Under the pieces are notes generated by a model. That model saw only the letters and a program-made list of their open reading frames with translations. It did not search any database and was not told where the DNA came from. This document shows positions 1 through 6,441 of a stretch of DNA of 6,441 nt, piece after piece. A program made the position numbers and the translations under genes. Numbering within the stretch: position 1 is the stretch's first letter; the number at the start of each line of letters is the position of its first letter. Source of the DNA: Tubiluchus corallicola (Eukaryota; Animalia; Priapulida); assembly GCA_030141605.1 (NCBI GenBank), contig JAQGDQ010002247.1, positions 1-6,441 of the forward strand. Direction: 5' to 3'.

Positions 1-8
1 CTATTGCT

Positions 9-2468
9 ATATAGTGAGTGATAGGTGCATAGTTGGAGGTGACATGAACGGACATGTAGGAAGTGGAAATAATGCAATAAGACGGATTCATGGTGGAAAT
101 TCATATGGAGAGGGAAATGGAAACAAAATAATCGACGTGGCATTAGCCTTTGACTTGGTGATAGGAAATACCATATTCTGCAAGAAAAATGAACACCTAA
201 TAACCTACCGTAGTGGGGATAGAGAAAGCCAGATAGACTTCCTACTCTACGGACGGAGAGACATCAAAGAGATAAGAAATTGCAAGGTTATACCAGGAGA
301 CCACGTAGCAGCACAACACCGCCTGATGGTTATGGATCTCACCATAGCTGTTACACGTAGGCAGAAAAGGAAAGTCATGACGGAGAAAAGGATTAAATGG
401 TTCAAACTAAAAGAGCAGAGACTTAACCAACTCTTTAAAGACAGATTCCTCAGAGAGGTGGACTACGAAATGGAAGAAATAAACGAATGGTGGAACAGGC
501 TGAGTGAAAATATTATAAGGACGGGAAAAGAAGTCCTCTGGGAAAGTAGTGGTAAAATATGGGAAAACAGAGAAACATGGTGGTTTGGAGAAGAGGTGCA
601 GCAGAAAGTAAAAGAGAAGAAAATGGCAAAGAAAAGATGGGAAGAAACCAAGTTGGACAGGGACAGAGAGTATTACAAACAGTGTTGCAAGGAGACGAAA
701 AGAACTGTAGCTGTAGCAAAAGCGGAGGCGTATGACAACCTTTATGAAGAGTTGGACACCAAGGAAGGACAGGGGAGAGTTTTCAAGTTGGTGAAGCTGA
801 GAAATAAGAATACAAAGGACATTAGACATATAAGGCAGATCAAAGATGAAAGGGGGCAAGTAATACGAAAAGAAAGCGATGTCCTGAGGAGGTGGAAGGA
901 ATACTACGAGAAGCTGCTGAACGAGGAAAATGAAAGACTGGTTAGGGATGATGGAGAACCGAATGAACTGGAGGTAACAGGGGTGGCAAGACAGGAGGTG
1001 GAGTTAGCATTTAAGAAAATGAAAAATGGCAAATCTACGGGACCGGACGGAATACCGGTGGAAGTTTGGAAAGCCTTAGGAGAAGAAGGAATTGACATAC
1101 TGCACCAACTGATGAGAGAAATAGTGGAGAGAGAGGTAATACCGGAAAAATGGAGGGAAAGTACTCTGATACCGATTTTTAAAGAGAAGGGAGACATCCA
1201 GGACTGCGGAAATTATCAGGGGATTAAACTGATGTCCCACACCCTGAAACTGTTCGAAAGAATTCTGGATAATAGATTGAGACAGGTGGTACACATAGGA
1301 CGGCAACAGATTGGATTCATGAAGGGACTTGGAACGGTTGACGGTATATTCACACTTCGACAGAATATAGAGAAACACCAGGAAAAGCAAAGGGCACTAC
1401 ACATAGCTTTCATAGACCTAGAGAAAGCATATGATAGGGTACCACGGCAAGAAGTGTGGAGAGGTCTGAGGGAGAGAGGAGTGCCAGAAAAATATGTAAG
1501 AATAGTTCAAGAATGCTACAAGAACGTGACAACTAAAGTCCGGAGTACAGTTGGTATAACAGACAGTTTCCAAGTAAAAGTCGGCTTACATCAAGGATCG
1601 GCACTAAGCCCCCTACTGTTCAACATAGTGTTTGATGTCATCACAGAGAGTGTAAGGGGAAATCCACCATGGTGTGTGCTGTATGCGGATGACATCGCTA
1701 TAGTGGCTGAGAGTAGAGAAATACTGGAAGGAAAGTTAGAAGCATGGAGAGCCGCTTTGGAGAGCAGAGGAATGAGGATAAGTAGATCCAAAACGGAGTA
1801 CCTTACGACAGACATGAATGGAAACCAACGAGAAACAATAAGACTGAATGGGGCAGAGTTGAAAAGAGTAAAGACCTTTAAGTATCTGGGTTCAATGATA
1901 GACGAGACTGCAGGAATGGAAAAGGAGGTGAATTTCAGGATTCAGTGTGGTTGGAATAACTGGCGAAAAGTTTCAGGGGTGATATGCGATAAGAGGATTC
2001 CAGCGAGACTTAAGGGTAAAGTTCACAAAGCAGTGGTCAGACCTGCCCTAATATATGGGCTGGAAGCAGCACCCCTAAAGAAGACCGAGGAGAAGAAAAT
2101 GGATGTGGCGGAGATGAGGATGTTGAGATGGATAGTGGGAGTAACAAGAAGGGACAAAATCAGGAATAGTAATATTAGAGGAACAGTGAAAGTAGTGGAA
2201 GCCTCGAAATAGATACAAGAGGCAAGATTTAGATGGTATGGGCACCTGAGAAGAAGAGTCGGGGAAGATCACGTGGGAAGGGAGGTCATGGAAATGGAAG
2301 TGCTGGGAAATAGAAGAAGAGGACGACCCAAGCTGAGATGGTTCGAATGTATTAACGGAGACCTTAGAGAGAAGAACATAAATGTAGAGATGGCCAACAA
2401 CAGGAATGCATGGAGACGACTTATTCACAACGGCGACCCCGCATAGGGAAAAGCTGAGAAGAAGAAGA
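9..2468 (+). mobile_element. RTE-clade non-LTR retrotransposon (LINE), 5'-incomplete, copy A
   Basis: Single long frame with the C-terminal part of an APE-type endonuclease (GGDMNGHVG, TY..SQIDFLL, QHRLMV), then RT motifs (GPDGIP, PIFKEKGD, NYQGIKLMSH, FIDLEKAYDRV, QGSALSPLLF, YADD at 1682-1693, FKYLGS). RTE-type C-terminus (RWYGHL..RRRGRPKLRW), very short 3' UTR and (AGA/GAA)4 tail at 2457-2468. The 5' boundary is approximate. Confidence 0.95.
14..2446 (+). pseudogene. RTE endonuclease/reverse transcriptase ORF with premature stop and missing N-terminus
   Basis: ORF 14..2212 ends at TAG 2210-2212, but the same frame continues IQEARFRWYGHLRRR...LIHNGDPA to TAG 2444-2446. It begins mid-endonuclease, so the GTG at 14 is unlikely to be a real start. 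Confidence 0.9.
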
Positions 2469-3124
2469 TTGCTCTATGTGTAGTGCGCATGCGCGTTAAA
2501 ATAATACACACCAGTTAGAGGGTACAGAAGACGACGTTTTGCGTACTCTATTGCTCTGTGTGTAGTGCGCATGCGCGTTAAAATAATACACACCAGTTAG
2601 AGGGTACAAAAGACGACGTTTTGCGTACTCTATTGCTCTATGTGTAGTGCGCATGCGCGTTAAAATAATACACACCAGTTAGAGGGTACAAAAGACGACG
2701 TTTTGCGTACTCTATTGCTCTATGTGTAGTGCGCATGCGCGTTAAAATAATACACACCAGTTAGCGGGTACAGAAGACGACGTTTTGCGTACTCTATTGC
2801 TCTGTGTGTAGTGCGCATGCGCGTTAAAATAATACACACCAGTTAGAGGGTACAAAAGACGACGTTTTGCGTACTCTATTGCTCTGTGTGTAGTGCGCAT
2901 GCGCGTTAAAATAATACACACCAGTTAGAGGGTACAAAAGACGACGTTTTGCGTACTCTATTGCTCTATGTCTAGTGCGCATGCGCGTTAAAATAATACA
3001 CACCAGTTAGAGGGTACAGAAGACGACGTTTTGCGTACTCTATTGCTCTATGTGTAGTGCGCATGCGCGTTAAAATAATACACACCAGTTAGAGGGTACA
3101 GAAGACGACGTTTTGCGTACTCCA
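2469..3124. repeat. Tandem array, 8 x 82 bp (left)
   Basis: Units start at 2469, 2551, 2633, 2715, 2797, 2879, 2961, 3043. Consensus ttgctctRtgtgtagtgcgcatgcgcgttaaaataatacacaccagttagagggtacaRaagacgacgttttgcgtactcta. No indels and no spacers. Confidence 0.98.
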
Positions 3125-3230
3125 TTTCTCCATTTAATTCCCAACATTGTCCAGTCATGTAATAATCAAGATTGGCCCTGCTGGTGCCCCCTTGCGTACG
3201 AATCTGGTCCACCCATCTTGGTGCACAAAC
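3086..3230 (-). CDS. Internal exon of integrin alpha-like gene (beta-propeller), 145 nt, phase 0 to phase 1
   Basis: Acceptor ctgttcag|GTT at 3231/3230. Translates VCAPRWVDQIRTQGGTSRANLDYYMTGQCWELNGEMEYAKRRLLYPLT+G. The CAP..G.C pattern follows QWLG in integrin alphas. Donor CTG|gtgtgt at 3086/3085 lies inside repeat unit 8, and an in-frame TAG follows shortly after. Splices in frame to the 3663-3500 exon across a 269-nt GT-AG intron. Confidence 0.82.
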
Positions 3231-3499
3231 CTGAACAGTTTAATAATTTTGAAGTTTATGAGAGTCCAGATAATTCCTTTCTTGTTCTTGATTGTGGTTA
3301 TTGTAGTGAAGACTTTCAGAAACCATTTTGAACATGATCTTATTTACTACTGCACAACTCTAGCTATGAAGAAGTTCTGGAGGTAATTGCTAAGACACTA
3401 GATCAAGTAGAATACTGGTGAACTTTATTTTTATAGTTCATTAATTAATATAGTTAATCATTAATAACACTATACATCACGAAGCACGCTATTTCATAC

Positions 3500-3663
3500 C
3501 GTAATTTTTCCCAGCACATCATCCTGCCTAACAGCAATACTTGCTCCTAACCACTGGTAGTCCTTCTTGTTCCAATAAGACGTCTCATGGACAGATATCG
3601 TACAGACGTCACCTGATGGCACATTGCAAGGAATTTGTCCAGGGAGTGGACAGCATGTATTAC
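3500..3663 (-). CDS. Internal exon of integrin alpha-like gene, 164 nt, phase 1 to phase 0
   Basis: Acceptor ttttcttgcacag| at 3664/3663 and donor ACG|gtatga at 3500/3499. Peptide xNTCCPLPGQIPCNVPSGDVCTISVHETSYWNKKDYQWLGASIAVRQDDVLGKIT contains the integrin alpha K..QWLG.S motif. Part of ORF 3494..3706. Confidence 0.85.
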
Positions 3664-3798
3664 CTGTGCAAGAAAAGTTCATCATCGCAAAAACAATCGG
3701 TAACATTTCACGATATTGTGTAAGTAAAGTTATTGAACTATGAATTTATTTTCACACATCAAAATACAATATCAAACACATTAACAAACTTTAAATAA

Positions 3799-4078
3799 AA
3801 TAATTTGAGTAGTGCGAGGTGAGTGTACAACCATACGTTTATTAACACACTCACCTTATTTAAATGAAAAAATGATTATAGTTATGCATGCTTCTGTAGA
3901 TAACTTAATGTAAATAAGGATGAAGTAAATGATGTAATAATTTGAGTAGTGCGAGGTGAGTGTACGACCATACGGTCATTAACACACTCGCCTTATTTAA
4001 ATGAAAAAATGATTATAGTTATGCATGCTTCTGTAGATAACTTAATGTAAATAAGGATGAAGTAAATGATGTAATAAT
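3799..4078. repeat. Direct tandem duplication, 2 x 137 bp, each with a hairpin
   Basis: 3799-3935 and 3936-4072 (plus aataat to 4078) differ at 4 positions. Each contains aggtgagtgt-N20-acactcRcct. Confidence 0.95.
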
Positions 4079-4211
4079 AGCAATGATATAAGAGCAATAA
4101 ACCTGAAAGTTGAGAAAGGAAAACATAATATGTAATTACGACCTTGAGTGAGCCTTAAAGAGTGAAATTTTTTTTTAAATAGTTACGAATATGAATTATG
4201 TGATTATCTGT

Positions 4212-4609
4212 CAATGCACCACTTACTTGTATTACAATGCACCATATTGCTTACTTGTATATACAATGATATACAATGCACCACTTACTTGTATTACAAT
4301 GCACCATATTACTTACCTGTATATACAAGGCACAACTTACTTGTATTACAATGCACCATATTGTTTACTTGTATATACAATGATATACAATGCACCACTT
4401 ACTTGTATTACAATGCACCACATTACTTACTTGTATATACAATGATATACAATGCAGCACTTACTTGTATTACAATGCACCATATTACTTACTTGTATAT
4501 ACAATGATATACAATGCAGCACTTACTTTTTTACAATGCACCATATTGCTTACTTGTATATACAATGATATACAATGCACCATATTACTTACTTGTATAT
4601 ACAATGATA
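4212..4609. repeat. Compound AT-rich minisatellite with ~62-bp higher-order unit
   Basis: Built from related sub-units acaatgcaccacttacttgtatt (23 bp), acaatgcaccatattRcttacttgtatat (29 bp) and acaatgatat (10 bp). caatgcaccactt recurs at 4212 and 4274; some cycles drop a sub-unit. Confidence 0.93.
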
Positions 4610-4610
4610 G

Positions 4611-5270
4611 AAGTGGAGAAATGGAGTACGCAAAACGTCGTCTTCTACCCTCTAACTGGTGTATTATTTTAACGCGCATGTGCACTACACATAGAGCAAT
4701 AGAGTACGCAAAACGTCGTCTTTTGTACCCTCTAACTGGTGTGTATTATTTTAACGCGCATGCGCACTAGACATAGAGCAATAGAGTACGCAAAACGTCG
4801 TCTTTTGTACCCTCTAACTGGTGTGTATTATTTTAACGCGCATGCGCACTACACATAGAGCAATAGAGTACGCAAAACGTCGTCTTTTGTACCCTCTAAC
4901 TGTGTATTATTTTAACGCGCATGCGCACTACACACAGAGCAATAGAGTACGCAAAACGTCGTCTTCTGTACCCGCTAACTGGTGTGTATTATTTTAACGC
5001 GCATGCGCACTACACATAGAGCAATAGAGTACGCAAAACGTCGTCTTTTGTACCCTCTAACTGGTGTGTATTATTTTAACGCGCATGCGCACTACACATA
5101 GAGCAATAGAGTACGCAAAACGTCGTCTTTTGTACCCTCTAACTGGTGTGTATTATTTTAACGCGCATGCGCACTACACACAGAGCAATAGAGTACGCAA
5201 AACGTCGTCTTCTGTACCCTCTAACTGGTGTGTATTATTTTAACGCGCATGCGCACTACACATAGAGCAA
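4611..5270. repeat. Inverted copy of the 8 x 82-bp array plus ~11 bp of adjacent integrin exon sequence
   Basis: Reverse complement of 2469-3135. Unit boundaries at 5270, 5188, 5106, 5024, 4942, 4863, 4781, 4699. Unit 5 has a 3-bp deletion and unit 8 has two 2-bp deletions. Confidence 0.97.
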
Positions 5271-6441
5271 TCTTCTTCTTCCCAGCTTTTCCCTATGCGG
5301 GGTCGCCATTGTGAATAAGTCTTCTCCATGCATTCCTGTTGTTGGCCATCTCTTCATTTATGTTCTTCTCTCTAAGGTCTCCGTTAATACATTCAAACCA
5401 TCTCAGCTTGGGTCGTCCTCTTCTTCTATTTCCCAGCACTTCCATTTCCATGTCCTCCCTTCCCGTATGATCTTCCCCGACTCTTCTTCTCAGGTGCCCA
5501 TACCATCGCAATCTTGCCTCTTGTATCTTTCGAGGCTTCCACTACTTTCACTGTTCCTCTAATATTACTATTCCTGATTTTATCCCTTCTTGTTACTCCC
5601 ACCATCCATCTCAACATCCTCATCTCCGCCACATCCATTTTCTTCTCTTCGGTCTTCTTTAGAGGTGCTGCTTCCAGCCCATATATTAGGGCGGGTCTGA
5701 CCACTGCTTTGTGAACTTTACCTTTAAGTCTCGCTGGAATCCTCTTATCGCATATCACACCCGAAACTTTTCGCCAGTTATTCCAACCACACTGAATCCT
5801 GAAATTCACCTCCTTTTCCATTCCTGCAGTCTCGTCTATCATTGAACCCAGATACTTAAAGGTCTTTACTCTTTTCAACTCTGCCCCGTTCAATCTTATT
5901 GTTTCTCGTTGGTCCCCATTCATGTCTGTCGTAAGATACTCCGTTTTGGATCTACTAATCCTCATTCCTCTGCTCTCCAATGCGGCTCTCCATGCTTCTA
6001 ATTTTCCTTCCAGTGTTTCTCTACTCTCAGCCACTATAGCGATGTCATCCGCATACAAACACCATGGTGGATTTCCCCTTACACTCTCTGTGATGACATC
6101 AAACACTATGTTGAACAGTAGGGGGCTTAGTGCCGATCCTTGATGTAAGCCGACTTTTACTTGGAAACTGTCTGTTATGCCAACTGTACTCCGGACTTTA
6201 GTTGTCACGTTCTTGTAGCATTCTTGGACTATTCTTACATATTTTTCTGGCACTCCTCTCTCCCTCAGACCTCTCCACACTTCTTGCCGTGGTACCCTAT
6301 CATATGCTTTCTCTAGGTCTATGAAAGCTATATGTAGTGCCCTTTGCTTTTCCTGGTGTTTCTCTATATTCTGTCGAAGTGTGAATATACCGTCAACCGT
6401 TCCAAGTCCCTTCATGAATCCCAACTGTTGCCGTCCTATGT
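5271..6441 (-). mobile_element. RTE-clade non-LTR retrotransposon, copy B (runs off the right edge)
   Basis: Reverse complement of 1293-2468 at roughly 96-97% identity (manual). (GAA)n tail at 5271-5281, stop at 5293-5295, YADD at 6044-6055. Confidence 0.95.
5293..6441 (-). pseudogene. RTE reverse transcriptase ORF, frameshifted
   Basis: ORFs 5426..6424 and 5293..5511 are one RT frame split by a 2-bp deletion near 5527-5530. There is also an in-frame 3-bp loss just before YADD (WCLYADD vs WCVLYADD). Confidence 0.9.

Larger units (their letters stand above)
1293..6441. repeat. Long inverted repeat: arms 1293-3135 and 4611-6441 (at least 1.8 kb each), spacer ~1.5 kb
   Basis: Continuous reverse-complement match through RTE body, tail, array and terminal ctccatttctcca. 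The outer end is set by the window edge. Confidence 0.96.

Noticed and set aside
407-2428. Minus-strand ORFs overlapping RTE A (and plus-strand ORFs 5311-6143 over RTE B)
   Set aside because: Antisense shadows of a purine-rich coding strand, rich in F/S/L with no recognisable motifs.
2469-3124. CRISPR-like array next to an RT (RT-Cas, retron or DGR system)
   Set aside because: Units are head-to-tail with no unique spacers, there are no cas genes, the RT is a eukaryotic LINE type with an APE domain, and the context has spliceosomal exons.
3120-3135. (CTCCATTT)2 as a LINE-like microrepeat tail or transposon terminal repeat
   Set aside because: It is better explained as the antisense of exon codons N-G-E-M-E.
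3113-3723. Plus-strand ORFs 3113..3331, 3147..3386, 3541..3723 and the single-exon reading of 3494..3706
   Set aside because: The minus-strand spliced integrin reading explains the region. The first 14 codons of 3494..3706 lie upstream of the acceptor and its stop is in the donor sequence.
4080-4125. Strong-looking minus-strand acceptor ttttcctttctcaactttcag at 4103
   Set aside because: All three downstream frames give low-complexity AT-rich peptides that stop within ~40 codons, with no integrin similarity and no convincing donor.
4191-4770. ORFs 4191..4445, 4214..4507, 4390..4770, 4485..4685
   Set aside because: Repetitive translations of the minisatellite and array.
1293-6441. LTR, DIRS or Penelope element with inverted terminal repeats
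   Set aside because: The arms are themselves LINE bodies. No gag, integrase, tyrosine recombinase or GIY-YIG sequence is visible, and the spacer is host gene sequence.

Overview
Animal genomic DNA. Two coding exons of an integrin alpha-like gene lie on the minus strand (3663-3500 and 3230-3086; neither is called correctly by the ORF track). They sit inside a large inverted repeat (arms 1293-3135 and 4611-6441). Each arm is a disabled RTE-clade non-LTR retrotransposon (APE endonuclease + RT, (GAA)n tail) joined at the same nucleotide to eight copies of an 82-bp repeat. The 82-bp unit is a tandem amplification of the integrin exon's own 3' end plus its splice donor. On the gene strand each unit parses as a 46-nt GT..AG segment plus a 36-nt in-frame segment encoding EYAKRRLLYPLT. 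The two RTE copies share junction and array variants, yet differ mostly at synonymous sites, which a simple local duplication does not explain. The spacer also holds a 137-bp tandem duplication with a hairpin and a compound minisatellite. All alignments and counts are manual; no database was searched.
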